Source: an uncultured Flammeovirgaceae bacterium
GTDB lineage: Bacteria; Bacteroidota; Bacteroidia; Cytophagales; MED-G16
DNA length: 64,000 nt
Direction of reading: 5' to 3'
NCBI GenBank assembly: GCA_913046795.1
Contig: CAJWTC010000002.1
Location: forward strand, 1,994-65,993
Each line of letters opens with the position of its first letter. Position 1 is the stretch's first letter. Positions 18,348-27,999 of the stretch are shown here, in pieces. Both the position numbers and the translations under genes were made by a program. The notes below the pieces were generated by a model. That model was not told the DNA's origin and did no database searches. It saw nothing but the letters and a program-made list of their open reading frames with translations.

Positions 18348-19295
18348 ATGATACAGAAAATAAAAAAACAAATTACATCAAGTTTAATTATGGTAAGGCC
18401 CAGGCACTTTAACTTTAATCTAGAAACTGCCAAAAACAATCACTTTCAAAAAGAAGAAAAAATATTATCAGACGAAAAAATATTAAGGAAAGCTATAAAA
18501 GAATTCGACAACTTAGTTGACAAACTATTAAAAAATAAAATAAATGTCACCGTCATTGATGACAGAGAAGATGTAAAAACAACTGACAGTGTCTTTCCTA
18601 ATAACTGGATTAGTTTTCATCAAAATGGTTTAGTATTCATCTATCCTATGTTCTCAGAAAATAGAAGAAAGGAAAAAAGACTAGATATATTAGAAAAACT
18701 TAATGAGGATTATGAAATAAAAAAAGTTATTGACTTTTCTTCATACGAGGACAAATCTGTTTTTCTAGAAGGGACAGGAAGTATGATACTTGACAGACAA
18801 CACAAAATATGTTACGCATCAATCTCAGAAAGAACAAATAAAATAGCCCTTAAAGATTTCTGTGAAAAAGCTTCTTATGAGCCAATAATTTTTAAATCTT
18901 ATCAAAAAGTAGACGGTAATAAAAAACTTATTTACCACACAAATGTAATGATGTGTGTTGCAGAAGAATATGTTTTAATTTGTCTAGATTCAGTTCATAG
19001 TAAGGATGAGAAAAAAAATATCATAACTTCTATCCATAAAACAAAAAAAGAAATTATTGAAATTAGCGAAAAACAATGTAGCTCCTTCGCAGGAAATATG
19101 TTGCAGGTCTCTAATATAAATAATGATAAATTCTTAGTTATGAGTAACTCTGCACATGACTCATTACAGGAAAAACAAAAAATTAGATTACTAAAATACA
19201 ACAAGATAATTCATAGCAATTTAACATTAATTGAAAAATTAGGAGGTGGAAGCGCAAGGTGTATGATTGCTGAAAATTTTCTTCAAAAAAAATAA
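18348..19295 (+). CDS. amidinotransferase-fold hydrolase, citrulline-utilisation (CtlX)/arginine-deiminase-related type
   Basis: 315 aa. FPNNWISFH, EGTGSMILD, and C-terminal GGGSARCMIAE catalytic-Cys motif. Confidence 0.7.
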   Translation: MIQKIKKQITSSLIMVRPRHFNFNLETAKNNHFQKEEKILSDEKILRKAIKEFDNLVDKLLKNKINVTVIDDREDVKTTDSVFPNNWISFHQNGLVFIYPMFSENRRKEKRLDILEKLNEDYEIKKVIDFSSYEDKSVFLEGTGSMILDRQHKICYASISERTNKIALKDFCEKASYEPIIFKSYQKVDGNKKLIYHTNVMMCVAEEYVLICLDSVHSKDEKKNIITSIHKTKKEIIEISEKQCSSFAGNMLQVSNINNDKFLVMSNSAHDSLQEKQKIRLLKYNKIIHSNLTLIEKLGGGSARCMIAENFLQKK

Positions 19296-19326
19296 TATTG
19301 TAAATTGTAAGAAATAAAATAAAGAA

Positions 19327-19710
19327 ATGAAAAAAGCAATACTAACCAAAAAAGCACCATTACCAATTGGACCATATAATCAAGCAATAAACTATGATAA
19401 CATGTTATTTGTTTCTGGTCAAATACCTCTAGATCCAGTAAGCAATGAACTAGTTGAAAGCGGAATTAAAGATGAAACCAACCAGGTTATGAAAAACATT
19501 GAAGCAATTCTTAAAGAAGCTGGTATGGATTTTGATGATATTGTTAAAACATCAATTTTTTTAAAGGATATGGATAATTTCAAAATAGTTAACGAAACAT
19601 ATGGAAATTATTTTGAAGGTATCATCCCTCCTGCACGAGAGACAGTTCAGGTATCTAAACTCCCCCTTGATGTGAATGTAGAAATTTCATGCATTGCAAT
19701 TAGAAAATAG
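19327..19710 (+). CDS. ridA: RidA/YjgF-family reactive-intermediate deaminase
   Basis: 127 aa. PIGPYNQAI...LFVSGQIPLDP...ARETVQVSKLPLDVNVEI matches the YjgF/RidA pattern. Confidence 0.85.
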   Translation: MKKAILTKKAPLPIGPYNQAINYDNMLFVSGQIPLDPVSNELVESGIKDETNQVMKNIEAILKEAGMDFDDIVKTSIFLKDMDNFKIVNETYGNYFEGIIPPARETVQVSKLPLDVNVEISCIAIRK

Positions 19711-21231
19711 ATGTCTAATAATATTAGGTTAAGGTTTGCACCAAGTCCAACAGGGCCTCTACATATTGGAGGACTTAGGACGGCTCTTTATAATTTTTTA
19801 ATTTCAAAAAGTCTAGGTGGAAAATTTATAATTAGAATTGAAGACACGGACAGAAACAGGTTTGACCAACGAGCTGAAAAACATATTCTTGACTCCCTTG
19901 ATTGGTGTGGAATCATTCCTGATGAAGGGCCATTAAATGGAGGGGATTATGGACCATATAGACAGTCTGAAAGAAAGGAAAACTACCGACAAAGAATACA
20001 AGAATTAATTGAAAGTGGAGATGCATATTATGCGTTCGACAAAACTGATGAATTAGACGACCAAAGAAAGGAAAGTGAAAAAAAGGGAGAAACTTTCATA
20101 TATAACTGGGAGAATAGAAAAAATTTTAAAAATTCATTTACCCTAAGTGAAGAAGAAATAAAAAATTTAATTTCAAAAGGCGACTATGTTGTTAGGTACA
20201 AAACTTATAATGAAGGAGAACAAAATGAAATTGTAGTTTCGGATGAGATAAGAGGTGATATTAAGGTGAATTTAAAATTATTAGATGATAAAAAAATATT
20301 TAAAAAAGATGGTATGCCAACATACCATTTTGCAAATGTTGTTGATGATTATGAAATGAAAATTTCACATGTTGTTAGGGGTGAGGAGTGGCTACCATCT
20401 CTTGCTCTACATTTCCTTCTTTACAAATCATTTAATTGGAATCCTCCAAAATTTGCTCATTTACCTTTAATACTAAAACCAACTGGAAAAGGAAAACTAA
20501 GTAAAAGAGATGGTGAGAAATATGGTATTCCCGTATACCCAATAACCTGGGAGGATTCATCAAAAAAATTTGAAGGGTTTAGAGAGGTTGGGTTTGAAAA
20601 TAGTTCTTTAATAAATTTTATAAGCTTAATAGGATGGAACCCAGGAGATGAAAAAGAAATTTTTTCATTAGATGAATTAATCAAAGCATTCGATATAAAG
20701 AGAATAATAAAAGGTGGTGCAAAATATGATTATGACAAAGCAATATGGTTTAATCAGGAACACCTTAAAAAAATTACATCAGATGACATATATAAGGATT
20801 TAGAAAAGGAGATAGATAAAAATGAATTAGTCAATGAGAAAAAAATAACTACATTAATATCACTAGCGAAAGAAAGGGTGAATTTTAAGAAAGAGATATT
20901 TAACGAGTGTCTGAATATAATATCCTACGCAGAAGGTGATATATTAGGAAATATGAAAAAAATTAATTTTACAGACCATATATTAAAAACTATAAAAGGT
21001 TTTATAAAGAGTTTAAAAGAATCTAAAAATATAAATTCTGTAGAATTAAAAGAAAACTATTTTAATCAACTAAAAGAGAATAATATTAAAATTGGGGATG
21101 GAATGAAATCACTTAGAGTGATGATGACAGGTAAAATTTCAGGGCCTGATCTATTTACAATATTAGAAATAATTAAAAGAGATATTTTAATAATCAGATT
21201 AGAAAAAAGCATAAAAATAATAAATGATTAA
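19711..21231 (+). CDS. gltX: glutamate--tRNA ligase
   Basis: 506 aa. RFAPSPTGPLHIGGLRTALYN (HIGH region) and KLSKRDG (KMSKS). Confidence 0.95.
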   Translation: MSNNIRLRFAPSPTGPLHIGGLRTALYNFLISKSLGGKFIIRIEDTDRNRFDQRAEKHILDSLDWCGIIPDEGPLNGGDYGPYRQSERKENYRQRIQELIESGDAYYAFDKTDELDDQRKESEKKGETFIYNWENRKNFKNSFTLSEEEIKNLISKGDYVVRYKTYNEGEQNEIVVSDEIRGDIKVNLKLLDDKKIFKKDGMPTYHFANVVDDYEMKISHVVRGEEWLPSLALHFLLYKSFNWNPPKFAHLPLILKPTGKGKLSKRDGEKYGIPVYPITWEDSSKKFEGFREVGFENSSLINFISLIGWNPGDEKEIFSLDELIKAFDIKRIIKGGAKYDYDKAIWFNQEHLKKITSDDIYKDLEKEIDKNELVNEKKITTLISLAKERVNFKKEIFNECLNIISYAEGDILGNMKKINFTDHILKTIKGFIKSLKESKNINSVELKENYFNQLKENNIKIGDGMKSLRVMMTGKISGPDLFTILEIIKRDILIIRLEKSIKIIND

Positions 21232-22417
21232 AATAGGAATCACAAAAGAAAACGATAAAATAGGAGATGTAAGAACTCCACTTAGCCCTAAACAATCAAA
21301 AGAGATTAAAAATAAAACTGGTTTTAATGTTGAAGTTCAAGGAAGTAAAATAAGATGCTTTAGTGACGATGATTATATGAAAGAAGGAATTGATGTTGTA
21401 AATAATTTAAATAAATCTGATTTCATATTTGGGATTAAGGAAGCAGATGAAAAAAAACTGATAAAAGATAAGACATATTTTATGTTTTCTCACACAATAA
21501 AAAAACAACCACATAACAGAGGTCTTCTACAAAAAGTTCTACAAAAAAAAATTAGACTTATTGATTATGAATGTTTAAAAAAAGAAGGTAAAAGAATAGT
21601 TGCTTTTGGAAAATATGCGGGTATAGCTGGTGCATATAATACTTTAATGGCATATGGGGAAAAAATTAAATTATTTAATCTTAAACGTTTATCGCATTTT
21701 AAAAATAAAAAAGAACTTTACCTCTTCTCAAAAAAAAATCCTGTAATTAAAAAAATTAGAAGTTTAATTATAGGAAATGGGAGAGTAGCAAAAGGAGTAA
21801 TAGAACTTTTAAATAGTTTTGGATTTAATAATGTAACTATTGAAGAATACAAAAAAGACTTAGAAAAGGGACCAGTTTACTGCATATTAAAGACCAAAGA
21901 TTATATAGAAAATATTTCAGGAAATAAATTTTCAAAAGCAGACTACTATAAAAAACCTGAAAAGTATAAATCAAATTTTTTGCAACTAATAGACAAAACA
22001 GATATGTTAATAAATGCATCTTATTGGGACCCGAGATATCCAAGGCTGTTTGAAGAAAAAAATGTTGATAATAATTTCTCAATTAAGGTAATTGGTGATA
22101 TAACATGTGACATTAATGGATCAATACCTCTGACAAAATTTGCCTCAACTATAAAAAAACCATTTTTCGATTATTGTATTAAGTCTAGAAAAATTATCAA
22201 ACCATTTAGTAAGGGTAAGACAGTAACAATGATGACTATAGATAATTTACCTTCAGAGCTCCCAAGAGATTCTTCTAACTACTTTGGGAGAATTCTAATG
22301 AAATACTTAATCCCATTTTTAAAGGAAAGAGGAAATAAAATTATAAATAGAGCTACAATAGCAGAGAAGGGGTCTCTTACAAAAAGATATGAATATTTGA
22401 GAGATTATATAAGTTAA
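21224..22417 (+). CDS. alanine dehydrogenase/PNT-family enzyme, lysine-ketoglutarate reductase / saccharopine dehydrogenase-like
   Basis: 397 aa. FMFSHTIKKQPHNRGLLQKVLQKKIRLIDYECL...VAFGKYAGIAGA resembles LKR-type saccharopine dehydrogenases. 8-nt overlap with gltX. Confidence 0.6.
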   Translation: MIKIGITKENDKIGDVRTPLSPKQSKEIKNKTGFNVEVQGSKIRCFSDDDYMKEGIDVVNNLNKSDFIFGIKEADEKKLIKDKTYFMFSHTIKKQPHNRGLLQKVLQKKIRLIDYECLKKEGKRIVAFGKYAGIAGAYNTLMAYGEKIKLFNLKRLSHFKNKKELYLFSKKNPVIKKIRSLIIGNGRVAKGVIELLNSFGFNNVTIEEYKKDLEKGPVYCILKTKDYIENISGNKFSKADYYKKPEKYKSNFLQLIDKTDMLINASYWDPRYPRLFEEKNVDNNFSIKVIGDITCDINGSIPLTKFASTIKKPFFDYCIKSRKIIKPFSKGKTVTMMTIDNLPSELPRDSSNYFGRILMKYLIPFLKERGNKIINRATIAEKGSLTKRYEYLRDYIS

Positions 22418-23076
22418 ATTTTTACAGAATTTAACAATTTATAGAATTCGTCTCTTTTATTATATATGTTAAAGTCACCTCCGTACATTTCCGTTATTGT
22501 TGAACTGGAGTAATCCTTAATACCACGAGAGGAAACACATAAGTGTTTTGCCTCTATCACTACCATTACGCTGTCGGTGTCTAGTACATCCTTTAACTCA
22601 TTATAGATCTGTGTCGTCAATCTCTCTTGAACCTGAGGTCGTTGTGAGTAGTACTTTACAATTCTATTTAATTTGGAAAGTCCAATAACCTTACCGCTAG
22701 ATATATAAGAGACGTGAGCCTTACCTGTAATAGGTAAAAAATGATGCTCACATGTTGAATTAAGATTTATATTTTTTTCAATAAGCATCTTATTGTAATT
22801 GTACTTATTATCAAAAAGAGAAATTTTGGGCTTGTTTTCTGGATCTAGACCACTAAAAATTTCTTTGACAAACATCTTAGCTACTCTGTATGGCGTACCA
22901 TTAATACTATCATCGTTAAGATCTAAGCCAAGCTCATCAACTATTTTTCTAAAATGTTTTTGAATATTTTTAATTTTTTCGTCATCAGATTTATCAAACG
23001 CATCCTTTCTAAGTGGAGTATTAAGAGAAAAAAACTCATGATTGTCACCAATTAATTCTATTTTTTTTGTGTCCAT
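22414..23076 (-). CDS. folE: GTP cyclohydrolase I
   Basis: 220 aa. STCEHHFLPITGKAHVSY and QRPQVQERLT motifs. Confidence 0.93.
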   Translation of the reverse strand: MDTKKIELIGDNHEFFSLNTPLRKDAFDKSDDEKIKNIQKHFRKIVDELGLDLNDDSINGTPYRVAKMFVKEIFSGLDPENKPKISLFDNKYNYNKMLIEKNINLNSTCEHHFLPITGKAHVSYISSGKVIGLSKLNRIVKYYSQRPQVQERLTTQIYNELKDVLDTDSVMVVIEAKHLCVSSRGIKDYSSSTITEMYGGDFNIYNKRDEFYKLLNSVKI

Positions 23077-23137
23077 ATTAAATTATTTATACATCTTTTA
23101 TACTTAAAAATGAGAAAAATGTTACTTAGACTCATGT

Positions 23138-24817
23138 TTAACTTTTCCAAGTATCTCTCAATGTTACTGTTCTATTAAAAGTTAATTTATCATTTTTAGA
23201 ATCCAACTTAAAATAACCTTTCCTCTGAAATTGATAATAATTATCAAAGCTAACATTTTTAATACTAGATTCAGCACATACATTTTTAACTTTAATTAAT
23301 GAGTTTTCATTAATATGTGATTTAAAGTCAACTTCTTTATTTTCATCAGGTGATTGAATTTTGAATAACCTATCGTATAAGTTTACATTGATAATTTCAT
23401 GATTATTTTTATCCACCCAGTGAATAGTTCCCTTTACTTTTCTCAAACTCTCGTCAGTACCTGATCCACTCCTAGAATTTGGATCATAGGTGCAAAATAT
23501 TTTAGTGATTTTACCATTTTTATCTTTTTCAACTCTATCTCCCATTATTATATATCCATTTTTCAGCCGTACCTCTTTACCTATTGAAAGTCTAAAATAC
23601 TTCCTGTTAGATTCTTCCTTAAAGTCTTCTCTTTCTATATATAAATTTTTTGAAAATGAGACCTCTCTATTTCCGTAAGAGCTATCCTCTTGATTATTTT
23701 CTGCAGTTAACATTTCATTTTTACCTTCTGGGTAGTTTATTATTTCTAGTTCTACCGGATCTAATACAGCCATAAGCCTGTAAGCTTTCTTATTTAATAC
23801 CTCTCTTGTACAAAAATCAAGAAGTGCAAAATCTATAATGTTTTCTCTTTTTGACACTCCTACTTTATCACAAAAGTTTCTTATTGCATCTGGCGGAATC
23901 CCCCTTCTTCTCATCCCTGATATTGTAGGCATTCTTGGGTCGCTCCACCCATCTACCACATTAGACTCAACCAATTCTAATAACTTTCTTTTACTCATTA
24001 TTGTATAAGAAATATTTAATCTGGCGAATTCCCTTTGTTTAGGAAGTAGCTTTTTTTTCTTTGGAATATTTTCTATAAACCAGTCGTATAATTCTCTATG
24101 CACCTCAAACTCTAATGTACAAAATGAATGAGATATATTTTCTATGTAATCAGATTGTCCGTGAGCCCAGTCATATGTTGGATATATGACCCACTTATCT
24201 TTTGTCCTGTGGTGCTCATGGTTAATAATTCTATACATTATTGGATCTCTCATATGCATATTTGGAGATTCCATATCTATCTTGGCTCTTAGTACACATT
24301 CACCAGGTTTAAAATGATTGATCTTCATTTTATGGAATAAATCTAAATTTGTTTGGAGATCTCTCTCTCTATAGGGACTATTTGTTCCTGGTGAAGACGG
24401 AACACCTCTCTGTTCAGCTATCTTGACTTGATCTTGGTCATCTACATAAGCTTTACCTTCCCTTATAAGATGAACTGCCCAGTCATACAACTGATCAAAA
24501 TAGTTAGAGGCATAACACTCTTCATCCCAATTAAAACCCAACCATTTTATATCATTTTTGATAGAATCAATAAACTCTATATTTTCTTTCTCAGGATTAG
24601 TGTCATCAAACCTTAAATTAACAGGAGAAGAAAATTCTTTACCAAAACCAAAGTTTATACAGATAGACTTAGCATGTCCAATATGCAAATATCCATTTGG
24701 TTCAGGAGGAAACCTAAACTTAAGATTTTTCTCGTCGAAACCTTCTCTTAACTCACTTCTTATAATTTGATCTAGAAAATTTTCACTCTTCCCTACCGAT
24801 TCAATATGATTCATCAA
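23138..24817 (-). CDS. glnS: glutamine--tRNA ligase
   Basis: 559 aa. FRFPPEPNGYLHIGHAKS (HIGH), TIMSKRK (KMSKS-like), and the C-terminal GlnRS anticodon-binding beta-barrel region. Confidence 0.95.
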   Translation of the reverse strand: MMNHIESVGKSENFLDQIIRSELREGFDEKNLKFRFPPEPNGYLHIGHAKSICINFGFGKEFSSPVNLRFDDTNPEKENIEFIDSIKNDIKWLGFNWDEECYASNYFDQLYDWAVHLIREGKAYVDDQDQVKIAEQRGVPSSPGTNSPYRERDLQTNLDLFHKMKINHFKPGECVLRAKIDMESPNMHMRDPIMYRIINHEHHRTKDKWVIYPTYDWAHGQSDYIENISHSFCTLEFEVHRELYDWFIENIPKKKKLLPKQREFARLNISYTIMSKRKLLELVESNVVDGWSDPRMPTISGMRRRGIPPDAIRNFCDKVGVSKRENIIDFALLDFCTREVLNKKAYRLMAVLDPVELEIINYPEGKNEMLTAENNQEDSSYGNREVSFSKNLYIEREDFKEESNRKYFRLSIGKEVRLKNGYIIMGDRVEKDKNGKITKIFCTYDPNSRSGSGTDESLRKVKGTIHWVDKNNHEIINVNLYDRLFKIQSPDENKEVDFKSHINENSLIKVKNVCAESSIKNVSFDNYYQFQRKGYFKLDSKNDKLTFNRTVTLRDTWKS

Positions 24818-24823
24818 CTGAAA

Positions 24824-25303
24824 TTATAAAGTACTATCATCTTTTATAACCTTTTCTGAAAGGCTTTTTTTAAATTTTTTTAAATTTTCTGCTATTTGAG
24901 AATTAGAAATACTCAGAATTTGAGCTGCAAGAATACCTGCATTTTTTGCCCCGTCTAAGGCAACAGTTGCAACGGGAACCCCTGAAGGCATCTGCAAAAT
25001 AGATAAAATAGAATCCCAACCATCTATTGAATTTCTTGATTTAATTGGTACACCAATTACTGGAAGGTTAGTATTAGATGCAACCATACCAGGCAAATGA
25101 GCGGCTCCACCTGCTCCCGCAATAATGACACCAATTCCATTTCTGGAAGCCTTTTTTGAGTAATCCATCATCTTATCAGGTGTCCTATGAGCGGATACAA
25201 TATGAACCTCATACTCTACTTTTAATTCTTTCAAGATATTAACTGCCTTTTCCATTACGGGATAGTCCGATTTGCTCCCCATTATAACTCCTACCTTATT
25301 CAT
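24824..25303 (-). CDS. purE: 5-(carboxyamino)imidazole ribonucleotide mutase
   Basis: 159 aa. [14 protein letters not shown]...SAHRTP...[13 protein letters not shown]. Confidence 0.95.
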   Translation of the reverse strand: MNKVGVIMGSKSDYPVMEKAVNILKELKVEYEVHIVSAHRTPDKMMDYSKKASRNGIGVIIAGAGGAAHLPGMVASNTNLPVIGVPIKSRNSIDGWDSILSILQMPSGVPVATVALDGAKNAGILAAQILSISNSQIAENLKKFKKSLSEKVIKDDSTL

Positions 25304-25305
25304 AT

Positions 25306-26457
25306 TTATTCAGATTTAACTTTAATACTATCTTTTAAATACTTTGCAGTATCGTATGCTTCCTCAAATTTATCACAAATTATTGTCACATGTCCCATTT
25401 TTCGGTTAGGTCTTGTATGTTCTTTTCCATATATATGTAGACTAGCATTTTTTGATTTGAAAACATTATCTAAGTTTTCATAACTAACCTTACCTTCATA
25501 ACCACTATCACCTACGATATTAAGCATGATGGCTGTCCCAGAGTGTTTTGTGTCTCCAAGTGGTAAATTAAAAATAGACCTTATATGTTGCTCGAATTGA
25601 GAGGTCAAACATGCCTCAATAGAATAGTGACCACTATTATGGGGTCTGGGAGCTAATTCATTAACTAGAACCTGGTCACCCTTTAAAAACATCTCAACCG
25701 CTAACACTCCAACGCAATCTAATTTCTCAGATAACTTAACTGCCAATTCTTGGACTTCTCTTTCTATCTCTTTATTAATGTCAGCTGGACTTATTACAAA
25801 CTCCACCTGGTTAGATTTCTTATTAAATTCCATCTCAACAGCATTAAAGCATTTAATATCTCCTCCTACATTTCTTGAGACTATAACACTGATTTCTTTA
25901 TCAAAAGGAATATTTTTCTCAATAATCATTTCAGTATCAGGAAGGTTTTTAATATCTGAAGAGGTATTTAAAAGTTTTACACCAAACCCATCATATCCAA
26001 ATTTTGTCTTTTTCCACACACAAGGAAATTCTATCTCATTCTTATCAATAGATTTTGAAAACTCTTTTAAGGAATTAAAAAATTTGAAAGGGGCTGTCGG
26101 GATATTATTTTCCTGGAAAAAAGTTTTTTGTAAATTTTTATCTTGGATAACTCTAAGGGTTTTTGATTTCGGGTAGACCTCTTTTCCTATCTTCTCTAGC
26201 TCCTCCAATGCTTCTACATTAATATGTTCAATTTCAAAAGTGATGACATCATTCTTCTTTCCAAAATCTAGAATTGTTTCAAAATCATTTATATCTCCTA
26301 AAATAAAGTTATCACACTGTTTTTTACATGGTGAGTCCTTATTTGGGTCAATTACAGATGTATATATATTCATTTTATTACATTCTGCTAAAAGCATCTT
26401 TCCCAGTTGTCCACCTCCTATTATACCGAGTTTTTTATTTTTTAGTTGTGAGCTCAT
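25306..26457 (-). CDS. purK: 5-(carboxyamino)imidazole ribonucleotide synthase (ATP-grasp)
   Basis: 383 aa. [24 protein letters not shown], and RKMGHVT near the C-terminus. Lies 2 nt upstream of purE. Confidence 0.92.
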   Translation of the reverse strand: MSSQLKNKKLGIIGGGQLGKMLLAECNKMNIYTSVIDPNKDSPCKKQCDNFILGDINDFETILDFGKKNDVITFEIEHINVEALEELEKIGKEVYPKSKTLRVIQDKNLQKTFFQENNIPTAPFKFFNSLKEFSKSIDKNEIEFPCVWKKTKFGYDGFGVKLLNTSSDIKNLPDTEMIIEKNIPFDKEISVIVSRNVGGDIKCFNAVEMEFNKKSNQVEFVISPADINKEIEREVQELAVKLSEKLDCVGVLAVEMFLKGDQVLVNELAPRPHNSGHYSIEACLTSQFEQHIRSIFNLPLGDTKHSGTAIMLNIVGDSGYEGKVSYENLDNVFKSKNASLHIYGKEHTRPNRKMGHVTIICDKFEEAYDTAKYLKDSIKVKSE

Positions 26458-26539
26458 TACCGCAAAAATACATCAAATTCTATGTAAATTAAGAATTAAC
26501 ATTCCACAGAATTTATGATGAAATAAAATGATTGAGAAG

Positions 26540-27268
26540 TTATTTTTTAAAATATTCTTTAAGATCATCTAAAGAAATATTCCCATCATAAAAAGCTCTT
26601 CCAAATATGACATTTTTGATACCAATATTCTTGAGTTTGTTTATATCACTCATATTTCTAATACCCCCACCTGTAATCATATTTACCTGAGGATATTTTT
26701 TAAGAATCTTCTTATAGAGACTGAAAGGTGGACCTTCTAGTGTTCCGTCTTTTGAAATATCAGTAACTTTTATGTTTTTAAGGCCTTTATTATAAAAATA
26801 TTTTATGTGATCAAGTGGATCAATTTTTGTCTGATATTTCCATCCATTAACTCGTAAATTGTTTTTCCATATATCAACTGCCATAACTATTTTCTTAAAA
26901 CCCCACGTTGTCAAACAGTTCAGAAATATATTTTTGTCATATACAGGCATGCTTCCCATTGTAACCATATTAGCTCCATTTATGAATGCATTACTTACGT
27001 TTTCACTTGTTCTTAGTCCACCTGAATAATTAATTTTAATATCTGAAAATTGTGAAATCATCTCAAGTAATATAAAATTGTTTTTTTCGTGCATCTTCGC
27101 AGACCCGAGATCAACAAAATAAACTTCTTTTATACCTATATCCTCAAAACTCCTAACTAGATCAATTGGGCTCTCATGGTAGAATTTTAAAGTTCTGAAA
27201 TCTCCAGATTTAACTTTGACTACTTTATTATCTTTTATATATATGGATGCAATTAAGTTCACTCTCAT
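26540..27268 (-). CDS. HisA-family (beta/alpha)8 isomerase homolog, orphan copy with an atypical N-terminal active-site position
   Basis: 242 aa. Aligns by eye along E. coli HisA: SGDF / QGDY, AVDI..VNGW / ALDV..VSGW, TDISKDGTLEGP / TDISRDGTLAGS, TGGGIR / SGGGIG. The sequence reads LIASIYIKD where IIPALDLID is expected. Confidence 0.65.
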   Translation of the reverse strand: MRVNLIASIYIKDNKVVKVKSGDFRTLKFYHESPIDLVRSFEDIGIKEVYFVDLGSAKMHEKNNFILLEMISQFSDIKINYSGGLRTSENVSNAFINGANMVTMGSMPVYDKNIFLNCLTTWGFKKIVMAVDIWKNNLRVNGWKYQTKIDPLDHIKYFYNKGLKNIKVTDISKDGTLEGPPFSLYKKILKKYPQVNMITGGGIRNMSDINKLKNIGIKNVIFGRAFYDGNISLDDLKEYFKK

Positions 27269-27300
27269 TATTAACTAAAAAAATATTCAGATGCAAGTAT

Positions 27301-27999
27301 TTAATCTAAAATTAACAACTTAAAGCCAAAGCCATGAATAGTCTTTAATTCTATTTTTTTATCTTCACTAAGATATTTTCTTAATTTAGCTATATAAACG
27401 TCCATACTCCTGGCATTATAATAAGAGTCATCACCCCAAATTTTCATAAGTGCTAGACTCCTATCGACCTCTGAGTTAATATTTTCACAAAAAAGTTTTA
27501 ATAACTCATTTTCTTTAGTTGTTAAATTATATTCGATACCAGAATTATCTATAAGAAGGTTTTGATTATGCAAAAAAGTATATGAACCGAGAATAAATTT
27601 TTCTTCCAAATCCTTTTTCTCAACCTTAATTGATCTCTTAAGCACAGCATCCATTCTCAAAAGAAGCTCTTCAATACTAAATGGTTTTGTTAAATAATCA
27701 TCAGCACCGATATTAAAAGCCTTTACTATATTATCCTTCTGAGATTTTGCGGTGAGAAAAATTATAGGAATGTCTTTATTCATTTTTCTTATATCCTTAG
27801 CTAAGGAAAAACCATCTTTTTTTGGCATCATTATATCTAAAATAACGATATCATAATTGTTATTTGTAAAAAATTCTAAACCTTTCTCTCCATCTTCAGC
27901 TAATTCTACAACAAACTTTTTTGAGGTGAGGTAATCTGTCAAAACCTTTCCTAAATTTTTATCATCCTCTACAACTAATACACTATTATTCATAATCAA
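27301..27999 (-). CDS. OmpR/PhoB-type response regulator
   Basis: 232 aa. Receiver domain VLVVEDD...DIVILDIMMPKKDG...LTAK...GADDYLTKPF. C-terminal winged helix ...LTTKENELLKLF...VYIAKLRKYL. Confidence 0.9.
   Translation of the reverse strand: MIMNNSVLVVEDDKNLGKVLTDYLTSKKFVVELAEDGEKGLEFFTNNNYDIVILDIMMPKKDGFSLAKDIRKMNKDIPIIFLTAKSQKDNIVKAFNIGADDYLTKPFSIEELLLRMDAVLKRSIKVEKKDLEEKFILGSYTFLHNQNLLIDNSGIEYNLTTKENELLKLFCENINSEVDRSLALMKIWGDDSYYNARSMDVYIAKLRKYLSEDKKIELKTIHGFGFKLLILD

Noticed and set aside
23405-23416. DnaA-box-like TTATCCACC inside glnS, plus recF at 51729. I considered whether an oriC lies in the window.
   Set aside because: There is a single imperfect box inside a coding region. I found no cluster of boxes, no AT-rich unwinding element in an intergenic gap, and no dnaA/dnaN next to recF.
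25778-26176. 132-aa ORF antisense to purK and 130-aa ORF (61807-62199) antisense to oadB, the longest shadow ORFs.
   Set aside because: purK and oadB are unambiguous on the opposite strand. Neither shadow product shows a recognisable motif.
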